Shown: in pieces, positions 12,401 to 26,469 of the stretch
How positions within the stretch are numbered: position 1 is the stretch's first letter
Layout: each line of letters begins with the position of its first letter
Source of the DNA: Glycera tridactyla
Taxonomy: Eukaryota
Assembly (NCBI GenBank): GCA_965644265.1
Contig: OZ286466.1
Coordinates: forward strand, 15,252,001 to 15,316,000
DNA: 64,000 nucleotides
Direction of reading: 5' to 3'
Made by a program: the position numbers and the translations under genes
The notes under the pieces: model-generated
Databases searched by the model: none
Told to the model about the DNA's origin: nothing
Seen by the model: the letters and a program-made list of their open reading frames with translations, nothing else

Positions 12401-15400
12401 TGAAATCTTCAGGGATTATTGTAGAGATCGTGGTTCAAGTCCATTACCAAACAAACAATGACTTTTACATTGATTATGTTCCTTTTGGGGTGTCCATGGG
12501 AAATATTCATGATCCTCATCACACATATCTTCAAGATGAACATCACAAATTTGACAGATTCAGCCTGGCTGCGAAATCACAGCAAGATCTCATCGATTAG
12601 TTCTCGCATAAAACTTACACGAAACTAAAGCACAAGTGGGAAATTGCTTATGTCGCTGGTAGTTATGGTTTGTGCATCTTGAATGACTGTATTTTGAAGA
12701 ACTGTTGTGTCTAATATTTGAAATCAGTTGTATATTGATTAATTCTCGTTTATTTAGTTTTGCTCACATTGTGAGTGAATGTATCTGATCTATCTACTGG
12801 TTATTGGCGGGTATTGGTCATTAATACAACGTTAAATCAACGTCGACTCTAATGTTTCCTTTCTATCCCAGATTTATTATCATAGCAGGCAGGCCAGGGC
12901 GATACTGGTGAGTCACCCTTTTCTTACATATTATGTTGTAATAATTAAATACATATATCATTCTCCCAAGCTTTTCTCCCTCTTATAATTGTGACTACTT
13001 TTCTTGAATGTTACTTCTTGATATGACCAATATCAGCCAATAATATCCTACTATTTCTTTCTTCTCCACGCCTATTTGGATTCGAGTTCGATCTCACCTT
13101 ATTTCAATCACTGTTTATACCATGACCAGAGGTTTGGGGAGTGAAGTATCGAGGTGTTGGGGATTGTATGAATCTCAACTGGGTGAAGTAGGATTAATTC
13201 ATGTCTAGTATCAAATCTATAACCTGGCCAAACGATATTAGCCATGGTTTAAAGACAAGAGAGCAATTCTGTTTCATAGAAACTGGGACATTACCACTTG
13301 GATGGTTTGTTCAAGGAATTTGACTTCAGTTTTATGCTGTTCCAACCTTGAATTGTTTCGACTGTTATGCCTGTGCTCTTTCTGTATCTCTCTTCGAAAC
13401 TCGTATCAGAAAAAAATCTCCAGAAGAGAACATACCACTGAAGTAGACCAACAAATATATATATATGTATATATATTTTTTTATTTCTCCATGAAGGACT
13501 AGTGCAACGGGAGTGAGAATGATCATTAGAATGGGCACAAGTGTTATCAGCTGCCGTGGGTATACGAAAAACGCCAACAACTCAGAAACCAACTTCATTC
13601 TGACGAGCTTTTTCTCCTGTGGAAATGGACCTCAGTTTCCACCCATCCCCAATCCGCTCCCTCACCAACTGACCTCTGGCTGACCTTGACCTGTTCGACC
13701 ATAGCCCAAGTGCACATTCAACTGCAGTATGGTTACATTTTAGTTTGCTATATTCCAGTCATGTTAATCGAGGTATTTTACTAAAGTTAACACCTACAAG
13801 AAATAAAGTTGACGTCCAAATTGACAACTAGTCTTCCAGTGGTACACATATCAAGTATGGATTAGGAGTAATGATAATGAATATGTGCAATGATATAAGA
13901 CTTCAGGATGGCTAGTGTAGGCAATGACATATTTCAAGTGTATGATGGGTGGTCTGCCGACAATGGCATCCTGTTGATAATAGGAGAAAAACGGGGTTCA
14001 TGTGTAATAGAGTTGTGAGGAGGAAATCAGTAGAGATCAATACAGCTGCAGAATACAGATCATATGTTTCTAGATGCAAGATTAAACCAGCAAGTTTTCA
14101 TTGACCTCTGCCAGCTTCCCTGCATCATCACATCGCTTCTCACCTCATCTCACATCTTCATTATGCATGCACGTTTGGGACACATCCATCACCCCATCCA
14201 TCAATACATGCCAAAATATCTCACCATATCAAGCCAGGTTGCAAGTGCCTTTCCATGTGATGAATTAACTGCATGGACACTACACACTAATATTGATTTT
14301 TAGACATTATTTATACAAGACTTGTCATCCTGATGTACTCTGAACCTACCTAGTAAATTGGGCAGTGAGCCAACACACACATATCTGTGTATGGGTGAGC
14401 GATGTACGAATGCTTCCGTCTGTATGTCTGATGAATTGTCTGTATGTCTGCGAATGCATGGTACAAGCATATACCGTATTCTTTCAAATGGATGCAAATT
14501 ACAATCATTCCCAACGAGAATGTCACCAATTTTCAAGATTTATTCCTAGTGAGATTGTATTCATATTGATAGATGCACATGACCTGATGTTTCATTTGAG
14601 ATATTTCATTCAATGCCAGACTTTTCTTGTTTGGACATTGGCCAGCGTGAAATCACCGCAGTTCATGTACTGGCTATCCAAAAAGAAGTACCATCTACCT
14701 CTCTCCCTCTTTATTCCATACGCATAGATGTTCAATTCATATTCAGACATTATTCAGTCTATATGCTCAAATTTGCATCAAAAGGAAAGAATGCGGTAAA
14801 TTATTTCAATATATGTATAAACAATCGCAACCTGTTTGACCTCTGTAACTATGTCATGATAGTCTGTACTGTGAATGACATGTATTGGATGATTGATTGA
14901 TTGATTGATTGATTGATCGATTGGTGAATTCTCATATGGACCACTCTTGCTGAAGTGTGTGTGCACACTAGACGTCCATATACATGGAAATATTGCATTT
15001 GATGCTATGTATTATGTGGACAGGAAGATGTCCCACCCGAGTTTGGTTCAACTGATTAGTAATGTTTTCCGGTGATCTAATCAGAAGCATATATGTATAA
15101 CCCATCATCACTTCCAAGATAGAAAAGATAAAGTAATTGGAATGAAACCAAATTTCACGATACACGTGTATTCGAGAGTGAAACATCCGATTTACACCTG
15201 AGTTTAACTCTACACTTGAGTTATGACAGCACTTGGTTCCATTAGTCCTTGGTGAGGGTCTCTAAGTGATGCATGGTGAAAACTAGTCGTCATACTGCAT
15301 ACAACCACATAAAATGATAAGCTATCTGTAAGTTACAAGGTTTGTGATAAGTGAAACAGAGATGCATAGCATCAGGGGTAGGCGATAATGTGATCATAGT

Positions 15401-15826
15401 TTGAATACCTACCTGGGATCTGGGAACAATGATAAATATGATGAATAAATCAGGTGAGCACAATGCAGGTACATAGATTACCCATCTTCAACATGCACAC
15501 TCACATATGCACATATGGAGGAAATATGCTCGGTTTCAAATTGGACTTAGGATTGTAGCCTGTATACAATAGAATTCCCATTTCCCCCCCCCCAAAAAAA
15601 AAACGTTGAGCATAGTTGGGATGCCGCTATATCCTGACCTTGCCATTTGGTCCAGAATAGAATATGTCAGTCGAAACAAACAGTTCAGCAAACAAACGAA
15701 CAAAGAAGCAAAGACCATGATGCATGCACATCCAAAACAACATTCAAAGGGGTCTTATGGCAGATTTTCTCACAGTCCATTTGATTCATCTCATTTCTTC
15801 TGATTTGTCCAACTGATATTGTTCTG

Positions 15827-16050
15827 TAGGGTGTTTCATAATTTGGACTTTTTTTCGTATCAAGTTGCACTTTGGACCAGTTCATCCCCCACATGAGACA
15901 AGTCAGCAAAGAAAAAATCAGCCAAATCCATTAACGTTTAGACCCCCCCTACCGCAATGTATATGAAACATGCAAAAACGCCCAAAAATTGACGATTTTC
16001 CTTACATTTTCGTACTTCTATCTCAACTGGGGTCATAATTTGGGGGTCAA
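15827..16050 (+). repeat. Left terminal inverted repeat (~220 bp) of the hATm-like element
   Basis: Aligns by eye to the reverse complement of about 19850-20077, with scattered substitutions and a different homopolymer length (short C run here vs long G run at about 19942-19961). Confidence 0.9.
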
Positions 16051-16267
16051 TACCTATGCATTTATGCTGTTAGCTAATATGAATAATCAGAGAGAGGTGT
16101 CTAACCAATTGCTATCTCAAATAATCAAAAAGGCTGCCATCATATCATTTTTATCATATATTTTCGATCATGCATCAGACAAGAGCTGTTCTCGTGCCCG
16201 ATCATGGCCTAGGCTGGTAGATCACATAGATAAGCAATCTTGAATCACACAGAGATGCAATGACAAA

Positions 16268-19200
16268 TCAAAGATTTTCCTCCAGTTCATTCTTCAAAAA
16301 GTTGGGTAGTTTGGCCCTGTGGGAACTTGAGATGAGGACTATGCGGTTTCGCTGTCCACCATCTTGTGCTGCATTTGCATAGTCCTGGATGTCTTTCACT
16401 CCTCGCTCGGCAGCATCATTCACAACAGCCAAGTTTTGTACCACTTCTTGCATATGCAAAAACTCTGGATCTGTCACCCATTGGTCAAGTGGTTGTGTGA
16501 GCCAGGCACCATTTGCCCCCAATAGTTCAAACAGCAGCCATGACTGAGGCCCAAGAAAGTGGTCGATTGATTGCCCATTGACGACTGCATCCGTTGCAAA
16601 GTCTGGCTTCCCAGGAGCAAATTCATCAGGCCTTGGTGTTTGATGAAGCCTCGCTGCCATCAATTCCTTCCAGTGAGTGTCCAAGTCCTGGTCGAAGAGC
16701 GCAAAGACTACAAGACTCTCGGTAAGGTACCAAAGATGCCGAAGGAGTGAGATCTTGACAGCATGCGCTAGCTGGCCATCAATGTCCTGAAACACCCAAA
16801 CAAGATTGTATTTCATGGAATCTAGAGATATCCGAAAAAGCTGATTTTACAGACATTGCTAGAATTACATATGAATTATGTTCTTGTGCATATTTTAATC
16901 AGAATGAAAGAAAATCTATGAAGCAGCTTTCACAAGGCTTGGTTTTCAGTCAAATGACGTATCAGATCCAAATAGCCAGATTCTCCACATTGAGCCATTT
17001 TTGATGAGCACTAAGATATTGCTAAATATGGAAAATCACATATTTCTGTAAAGCTATGCCTAATTTGCGACCCCAGAATGTCAATGTCATCTTAACCCAT
17101 AGATCAAAATAGCGACTGATACCATAACACATTTTCCTGACAATATTTACCTGGTAGATACACATGTGGTGCCATAGTTGTAGATCAAGCCTTGGGGCAA
17201 CTGGAGCAAGACGGGCCTGAAGGTACCAAGGTCCATAAAACAGGCTGATGAATTGAGCCATCCGCATGATGCTGTCTAGCATGGCAGGAGTGAGGAAGCC
17301 ATCAGGCAATACATCTGAGAGCATGACAATCTTCATGATATACAGTGAAGATGCCAGAAAACGGGCATGGTGAAGTGCACCAGGAGCCCTCATCACGAAG
17401 TCATCTCTTCGAACACCAGGGTCACCACACCGACGAATGACCTGTCAAAGCACACACAAAGTATAAACAAATATAGTTGATATCGACTAGGTTATCATAT
17501 TGTTACAGACAAGTGATGCATTGATTCATAGTTGTTTTTGGTATTAAATGATAAAACACTGAGCAAAATACATGACTAACCTCTCCACCAAGATATTTGA
17601 TGATCAGCTCACACAGCTCACGGTAGTCATCTCGACCAAAGGTTCCAGTCAAGAGGTGCTCTTCCAGGAAGGTCCTCACTTCTAAGGCCCTCGCAACCAG
17701 GAATGTGTGGGGTTGTCTCATATCTAGCCACTCCCAAAGGTGCAGGTCAGCTTGATTGAAGTTCATGTACTGGAAGTGATGTCTGAACCTCTCAAACAAT
17801 GTATCTGCTGGACCTGATGTAAAAGATTTCAAGTATTTGTCAAACCCTGAAGTGCCTCATGAAACAATTAGCATTTCACTTCTGAACTTTGGATTTCCTA
17901 ATCCCTCATTCTTCATACTTTCAGTATCTTTTGTCATTCATTTACATTCCGCTCATTCTATTACCATATTTGGTCCCTTATGTTACCTGAGCAAGATTTC
18001 ATTACAGACCAATCTACTTTCAATCCACATTTTTATCCACTCGGTTTCTGCTAATCATTGGGACAATTGACATAATAAGCATTCTAATTGATTCAGGCAA
18101 ACCTTCTGTAAATGATAAGATGGAATATGTGTCTCTCACCATCCCAGATGATGCTATCTCCTGGCCCCCAATGAAATGGGTCATAATGGGCAGAAAAACA
18201 AATTGCTTGTAGTATTCTTACCTCTCACAGCTCCACGAACCTCTGCATTTGCATGCCTGATATGGAGTTCACCAATATGATGACGACATGCAAGCCAAAG
18301 GATGCTTTGGCCTATCTCTTGCTCGAAGAGGGCAGCAGAGCCCTGATGACGGCCAGTGTTCGATGCTGTCGTATCCCAAGACATGCCAATAATGTGACCC
18401 GTAGAAATACCCCAAGTCTCTAATGTGTTCACCAAGGCATCTCTCATGCAGGCACCTGAACCACGAGCAAGGAGGGGTGCTCCCAAAAACTGATGATGCT
18501 TGCCCTGGTTTGGGGTGCTCAGAACAATTGCTAGACGCTCATCCATCTCATGCCGGGCTTCATATTTGATGACTTTGCCATCCCAGTGAAGAACTACATG
18601 CTTGGGGATGCTACCTGTAAATTCCTCCATTATTCGGCTCTCAGCTTCAGCTACTGCTTGTGATCTGTGGCGATGGGATGTGCTTGTAGAGATTGAACAT
18701 GCCCCTAGATCACCACCACCCATCTTCACAATGTTGGCGGTCAATGCTGTAGCTACTCTATGACTGACCTTACACCGTGTGCTGAGTTCTGCTGTTCCAC
18801 GCAGAAGATCTTTGCGAGGGAGTGTGAGAGTTACAGTCGGTGGTACTGGCTGAGGAGGAGGCTGGTACTCATCTTCACTGTCAATGGTTTCACCACAGTC
18901 ACTGTTGTCGGACATATCTTGTACTGATGAACAGCTAAAAGTATAATGGGGAACTATGTAAAGCCAATTTGAGATTATCTTTGACAGACTGTAAGCAAAA
19001 TCATTAGTTGTGCAGAACCATCACCAAGCAGACCTTAGCAAGTTATATGAAGCAGTCATGCCCTTCACCATGCATTGAATTCTACACTGGAAGTATGTAC
19101 ATAAATATCTTACCATTCTCAATATGTGTACATGTCCCTCGAAATCCTGAAATAGTTGTAAAAGATTGAATTAAAAAAGGTGATGAACTGGGGTCAATGG

Positions 19201-19720
19201 GGTCAATAATGAAATGCTCTCAGTTTGGTGATCAGAAGAATTGACATACCTGGCTTGTAATGTGGAGGCTTCAGCCTTCTGTTGGCTGTAGAATAGCGAT
19301 CTCTTTCTGGCTCTCTCCTCATATTGGATCTCAGTCTTCAGGAGCTTTCGATCAATGCCTCCAAGCATCTGAAGACGCCCACCCTGAAATATTTATAGAA
19401 TTTTGAGTAGTTCATCAAGATTAATTCTTTGTCGGACATGCTTTTCATCATCATTTACATTTCATAAGACAATAATTACCTTCAACTGGTCGATGTAAAA
19501 CTGGAAGTCAACTTCCCAGTCAAATTGGTCCCCACCCGACTTCCGTCGCTTCATGTGAGATTCTTGCCGCATCATCATCTTGAGGTGCTCGAGTTGTAAT
19601 TCTTCACTTACTGAACCTCGAAGTTTAGAGGCCAGATCGAGCAGGAAGTTAAAACTTTCCTTCAAGGCTCCTTCTCCTGGGTTGTGGTGTGCCTTTGAGA
19701 CGCCAAGATCTACATCCCAT
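16268..19720 (-). CDS. Spliced hATm-like DDE transposase, about 710 aa. Exons about 19720-19480, 19383-19250, 18934-18222, 17813-17581, 17441-17151, 16786-16268; start codon unresolved
   Basis: All five introns are GT-AG with matching phases (0,2,1,0,0) and no in-frame stops. Motifs: MLGGIDRKL; HWDGK (D1); WDTTASNTG (D2); ACRHH (CxxH); GPADTLFERF; PGALHHARF; RHLWYLTESLVVFALFD; VVNDAAERGVK (E). Confidence 0.85.
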
Positions 19721-19849
19721 CTGCCACAAAATGCATGTCACAAACAACATTATTGTACCAATTTCATATAAGGGACAGTATCATTCAAGAGAAAATATAA
19801 TTTTCAAATGCTGTTGGAACCAACCAGAGATTGAATACATGTTTTGCCC

Positions 19850-20077
19850 CTCAAATCATGGCCCCAGTTGAGATAGAAGTACGAAAATGTGACGAAAATC
19901 GTCAGTTTTGGGCGTTTTTGCATGTTTCATATACATTGCGGTGGGGGGGGGGGGGGGGGGGTCTAAACGTGAACGGATTTGGCTGATTTTTCCTCTACTG
20001 ACTTGTCTCATGTGGGGGATGAACTGGTCCAAAGTGCAACTTGATACGAAAAAAAGTCCAAATTATGAAACACCCTA
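19850..20077 (-). repeat. Right terminal inverted repeat of the hATm-like element
   Basis: Reverse complement of 15827-16050. Confidence 0.9.
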
Positions 20078-20599
20078 TTGTTCTGGCCTCTCCATCCAGT
20101 GCTCGAATAAGCCAAAACCTAAGTCCAAAATCAATATATCTGTTGTTATGAACAGACAGATGTCCAATAAATTTGCCCACTGAATTCATAACCTTCTACC
20201 AGAAACAGGCGGTGCATACTGCAACATTTTAATCAAATAATCTATAGAGATTTCCATTTTTGAATGAACGAGAAACTATTTCTGAGTCATTGGCTATTTC
20301 AATTGGGAATCAATATGTGATGGCATGCACTGATACGAATCTACTGTATGCAAATGGAAATGATGAACCACATATAAATTGACTGAAGTGATTATATTTA
20401 GAAATATATGTTTTGCATGACATAATGTATTATCCAATATGTTTTGCTAATTAGTGATGGTGAAATATTGATGTGGTTCTGGATTATTCAGATCTACATA
20501 TTGTTATTGACGGTCTACTGAAATTGATTTGGTGCTTTAACCACTTGCCTCCGACATTCACTCATGACTGCTGAATATCTGGCCATGCCATATTCTTTG

Positions 20600-21330
20600 A
20601 AGCATATACAAGTTTCTCAGAAGTTGATATGAACTAGACTGTTTTAACGTAGATATTGAGTTTAGTATTTTAGGGAGTAAATATGACGAGGTGTTTTGTG
20701 AAGTCGATATCGGGGATGCTTTCTTTGCCAATGATTACGCCGAGCATTGGGAATTAGTAGTCATAAAGTAGTCAGCTGTCAACTGGTGGGTACCAGATTT
20801 CTGCAAAATAGATAGCACAAACTAGTACTTCTGTAGAGTCGATATTATGGATTCTCGTTTATTGTAGTAGATATCATGGACAAGTGTTTTGTAGGATAGA
20901 GATCGTAACCCAGTATTCCGAGAAGTAGATGGAATTTGTTTCTGTAAGGTAGATGTCATGAACTGATGATGATCTATGAAATAGGCACTTTGATGTAGTA
21001 TTTGATGAGCTAGATATCATAAACTAGTTCTCTGTAAAGTAGATATTGTCAAGTTGTACTTCAAAAGTATAATAATTTGATATTTTGTGCAATAGATGAT
21101 ATGAATGATTGTGAAATAGATGGTACTGACTAGTGTTTTGTGGAGTAGATATTGTGAACTAATGTTTTGTGGAGCAGATGTTATCAAGTTTTGTTTTGAG
21201 TAGTGTGGTCTAGTGTAGTGTAGTGAAATACATTCAATGGAATGATATTTTCTAAGGTAGATTTTATGATTTGGTAGTACGTGGAGTAGAGATAGTGGGC
21301 CAGCGTTCAGTAAGTGGATGTATGAATCTC
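20600..21330. repeat. Highly degenerate ~29-bp minisatellite
   Basis: Recurrent GTAGATAT...AACTAGTGTTTTGTGGA-like units, for example GTAGATATTGTGAACTAATGTTTTGTGGA near 21145-21173. Roughly 25 eroded copies. Confidence 0.7.
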
Positions 21331-23497
21331 TCGAGGACAAATGCAGAATGAAATCTCATGGCAGTGCTGGTGTCAGGTAAAGTCATCTGACGGAAACTAC
21401 CATGGGTTTCTGCTTATATACCATGTTTGAATCTTCCAAATTTGAATTGGAATCTCTCAATTCAAATTTCAAAGCAATGCAATATTTTAATCAAAATTTC
21501 AACAGATCTGTACATTACATGAATTCCGCAATGTCTGTGACGTGACGTTTTGTGAGGTAAGGATGTAGTTGAGAGTATCTGAGTCAGACAGGAAAAAGTT
21601 AATCCCTGCCAGGCCGTTCAATCATTAGAGGAGCGATTTAATCCAGCGATAATCCGCTCCGAGAGATCAGCAATTATAATCGGTTATTGCTCCCACGTAG
21701 CAGTCATGCAAAATATCACTCCTGTGTAATTGCTGCTGGCTTGATCATCCTGGTCGTTACCATGATACAGTATGCACCGTTACAATCGCCAGCAACCCAA
21801 GACATACGGAGTGAGATTATACTAATCCCCATCTACCTCTGGCCATCAAAACCATCATCTATTGATGGCACAATACCCTTCCGACCAAGCTGTGATGAAA
21901 AAAAATAATAATCTTGATATCGATGATTATAATAATAACAACAGTACAATTACAATAGCATTTATTGAATTTCCATGAATTATTGTAACTGCAATTCTTT
22001 CTTTATTGCATCAGAGCACGCTAATGGGGCGAGGGGGAGGGGACAAGTTCAGTATGATCAGGAACATCTTGAGATAAATCCCATCTTTAAGAGATAGTGT
22101 CAAACCACTGGAGTCCTCACTTGCTGTGGATCTTTCATACCCAGGTCCACATTGTTTGTTTGTAACAATTCTTTATTCACGACAAAGGTGTCAAATCGAG
22201 CTCTAACCGATTTTGATTTCCATCTAGTCCGTGTGAGTATACAGTGGTATATTCTGGGTTAGAATGTGCACGCCCTCAGTACGCCTTCGTGGTAGCGAGC
22301 TACTTTCAGAGAATAGGGCAACCATTTGTGCCAAAGTTGATTCAAGGTTTATCACCTTTTTTACTTTCAGAGCCATGATAACTCAGACTGCTCTAGAAAA
22401 CTTCAATAAGTTCTTAATTCAAAATATATAGTAATATATAATGTATTATATAGTCAATATTTTCAATTGATAGATAATGTTAATCTGACATATTGTAGCC
22501 AAAAAATATTAAAATAGTTGTTTCTGAAAGAACACATAATCATCTATGAAAGGACACATGGTTAACTATGAACACACAAATAAACACATGCACACGCACA
22601 CGCGCACCCACACAACACAGATAAACAATGTTGAACCTTTGTTCTCATTTTGGCACCGGTAAACTCCCAATGTTCCACTATCACAAAAAGCTACATCCTG
22701 CTCCATCTCTCTCCTATGATCACGGGTGAGTTGGAAAGTCGTGAAACAATACTCAATCAATCAATGGTCTGCAGAGGGGGGCGAGTAATCAAAACGGGAA
22801 TGAGCTAGGGGAAGTACTCAAAGTAGAAGGTTATTCGACCATTGAGATGGCCCCGGTGGCAGCATGTTTTGTAGGTTCACCATCGATGCTAGGTAGTAAA
22901 ATTGATTTTTCCAGCTCGTTTGCCAAATAAATTATCCTTACACAGCTAGTTGAGCCAGTGATGGATCCAAACCAGCTTCCGCCCACCATCCTCACATGGT
23001 TGCTTGGCGACCAGCATCACTTTCACCTCCATCATCCGCACAAACGCCGCCAGATTCAGACAAATCAAATCTCAGCCGCATGCCAGCAATAAACTTGTGA
23101 TAATACTCGGGAGAAACTCGGGCAGTCATGGTTCACTACACCGGATATCTATTCCCATTATTCATGCTTGAGTGACTTGTGATATTGATGGAGACTGACA
23201 TGATGAACATTATATGACTAGCTCTGTCTCACATGCTACATATCAACCAGTTTGGGATGTACAATAGTAAATCATGAAATGCAGAAACTAATGTGACTAT
23301 GGAAGTTCGTGCGTGCGGGTATGGTAGATGTGAGAAAGACCATTACGTGTCAGAACTTGTATGTGTGAAAGACCATTGTTTTAGAGAATTTGTCTGCGAG
23401 AAAGACTGTGTGCGTGTACGTGACAAACATTGTATGTAGGTCATTGTTCGTGAGAGACATCGTTGTATGTGATTATGTGTTTGTGAGGAACACCATC

Positions 23498-23502
<5 letters not shown>

Positions 23503-23571
<69 letters not shown>

Positions 23572-23575
23572 ATAC
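23503..23575. repeat. (CA)n microsatellite
   Basis: Read directly. Confidence 0.95.
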
Positions 23576-25313
23576 ATGGGTATTTCCACTAATCCCCTAT
23601 CGAGACCCCCTGATATATAACACAAGGCGGGTATGCCCAACAGAATACTTCATTCCAAACAGATAAAAAAACCGGGTGGATCCAGGTTTCCAATAGTATC
23701 GAATAGGAGATGAAATAGAATTGTCCAGAGGTGTAGGTCATCAGGAAACATCATTGGAAGGTCGAGTATGACAAGGCATGAAGAGAAAGCAGGGAACTTG
23801 AAATTTCGGGTGATTGCATTAAATATTCAGCAGGAACCCATGGTAAATAAGTTGTAGTATCGCACAGCTGCACCATCTTAAAGGATCATCTAGATGATAT
23901 TTAATTATGGGGTAGAGTCAGTTTCGATGCTTTGCGATACATTCAGTAGATCGGGATATTTCGTTATATTTGCTTCCCCCACATCACGCCGAGCCATCCA
24001 TCCCATGTCTGAAAGCAATCCACCCTGATGGAAATGATTGAGTTTGAATTGAATTGAATCTGAATAAGTCGTGTATCCGGTACGCAGTCCATATGAGAGT
24101 TCACCATTTGTTTTCGATACACCCGTATCTTCCAGAAGAGTATGGAGTTTCTCTTCTGGTATGTGTATAAATGGGAGAGAGCCTATACTGGAGAGGCTAT
24201 GTCTGGGGCTGCTTATTATGTAATTATGTATGAGGATAATTAGGTGTACTCGACATAGCATAGATGCCCTCATTTGCACCTGTTTCTCAGATATCAATGG
24301 TGCCTGAGAGCACCTATTCAACTTTGAGTAGACCTGAACCCAACGAACCCAGCCACAGATGGTTAATATGCTTACTCTCCACACTATCCAATGGTCCACA
24401 GGTTGCGATTGTTATTCCGTTTTCATTGTGTTGTGTAGTCCGTAGATGTAGAAATCAAGCAAATACAAATCCAGGCATATTCCCAATTTTATTCCAATAA
24501 CTCACCACTCACAAAATGTATGACCCTACAGTCATTTCCACCTCCGAATCAATTTCGGAGAAAACCGGAAGTGATCTGAAGCCCATACCTCATCATGCGG
24601 TGAAATGGTGAAGAATCAATGGGTGAAGGATTGTGTAAATTCTTCACTGAACTAGTCTTGTGCAGTCCTTCTGAAATCGGGGTGCAGCAAACGAAAAAAT
24701 GCTGGAATATGAAACAATTCCGATTTCAGTGAAAGAAAAATATGTTTCCTGTAATTTTGCTGAAATGCATCCTTCAAAATGATAGTATATCGGTCTCTGA
24801 TTAGTGGTAACATTTTCTATTTATTCTCTTCAGACCCTATTACTTTATGACATCGTCAGTGGTTTTTGCTCGACTCAAAGTGATGGTTTGTATCTGCTTG
24901 AAATAGATTATACCATTACCATGTCTATCGAATCCATCATCATGAATACGTGTATATTTATTCTATTTCAGATTTATGAGTTTCATCGCATTTACTAATG
25001 CTACATGATAACCCTACATTTTACTGTAACACTTATTTTCCCAAATTCCCTGCCTGAGTCCCAAGGTACCTTGCCAGAGCTAACAGTGACCACCCCCTCC
25101 CCTCCCTCCACCACCCGAAATGTGTACTCTTTGCTCGCGCAAAATGGGTCACAATGATTATGATCATGTTATCTGTGGAAAAATCATACATGGGCTGTTT
25201 CATGCGAGATAGAATTAGCTCGGATGGGGGGGGGTGTAACCTAGTTATTATCATCTCATCTTATGATATGACAACTTGCACCACCTCCCTGAATTTCGAA
25301 GTCACTTGAACAC

Positions 25314-25442
25314 TAGTGAAACGTGTCCCCACTGGACATTACTGTTGCTACCTCCATATGATGACCACAATTGTAATAATAAGTTGACCTGCTATAAAGA
25401 CCACCTGTGTGAATAGGTGGCCTTTGTAGACAGGTTGGGTTG
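25314..25442. mobile_element. Degraded pogo/Tc1-like MITE
   Basis: TAGTGAAACGTGTC...GTAGACAGGTTGGGTTG|TA. Shares internal ATAAAGACCACCTG with the 46287 copy. Confidence 0.55.
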
Positions 25443-25929
25443 TAATGGAATATCATAGACAATACGCTGCTTGTGTAACGTACGAATCTGCCTTGGCCCT
25501 GATCTATTGGTTGGACTGGGCTGGCAAGGGCTGGAGATGTCCCAACCTCTGCAAGCTTGACAAGCAATCCCGGTTTGGATCTTGTTGGACATAACACACA
25601 CACACACGCGCGCACACACGTGCCCGCCCGCTCATACACACATACAAACACACACGCATACACGCATACACATGCATATATACATAAAGACATGTCTTTT
25701 AATGTGATGATAGCCATATCTTCTTGAAATGCGCTCTTGAGACTGGCGTTCAGGCATACATCCCACTCACGGTGATTGCAGTGGGATCCGATCCGACCTA
25801 GGTATCACGCAAAGCCTGATGCCTCATGAGATCCCTATGCCGGGGTCAGCTTGACCTTATGTTATGAAGTCAACGTATACGATACTGCTTATATTTAACC
25901 ATGAATTGACCGTCACCGATGGCCCTATG

Positions 25930-25930
<1 letters not shown>

Positions 25931-25982
<52 letters not shown>
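25931..25982. repeat. (TG)n microsatellite
   Basis: Read directly. Confidence 0.95.
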
Positions 25983-25983
<1 letters not shown>

Positions 25984-26469
25984 TAAGTGCGTGGGAGGAG
26001 GTAGTGTGGGCAGACCTGTGTGTGTGTTAGTGAGAGCTTCATTGTGAAATGAATTGTATCACGGGATGGGTCGAATATTCTTCGGAAAGAGGGAACTACA
26101 ACCCAATGAGTNNNNNNNNNNNNNNNNNNNNNNNNNNNNNNNNNNNNNNNNNNNNNNNNNNNNNNNNNNNNNNNNNNNNNNNNNNNNNNNNNNNNNNNNN
26201 NNNNNNNNNNNNNNNNNNNNNNNNNNNNNNNNNNNNNNNNNNNNNNNNNNNNNNNNNNNNNNNNNNNNNNNNNNNNNNNNNNNNNNNNNNNNNNNNNNNN
26301 NNNNNNNNNNNNNNNNNNNNNNNNNNNNNNNNNNNNNNNNNNNNNNNNNNNNNNNNNNNNNNNNNNNNNNNNNNNNNNNNGTTGTTGAGGAACCAGACAC
26401 TAAGTTTCTATATGATGGGGATGAGGTTATGGGTTGGGGCTAACCCCAGCCTCTATTGCATGATATCTA

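Larger units (their letters stand above)
15827..20077 (-). mobile_element. hAT-superfamily DNA transposon, hATm-like, 4251 bp
   Basis: Termini TAGGGTGTTTCATAATTTGG...CCAAATTATGAAACACCCTA. Perfect 8-bp TSD TTGTTCTG at 15819-15826 and 20078-20085. Internal spliced DDE transposase. Confidence 0.93.

Noticed and set aside
25700-25860. tRNA gene or tRNA-like SINE head
   Set aside because: Only a poor B-box-like word, with no cloverleaf or A-box that I can support.
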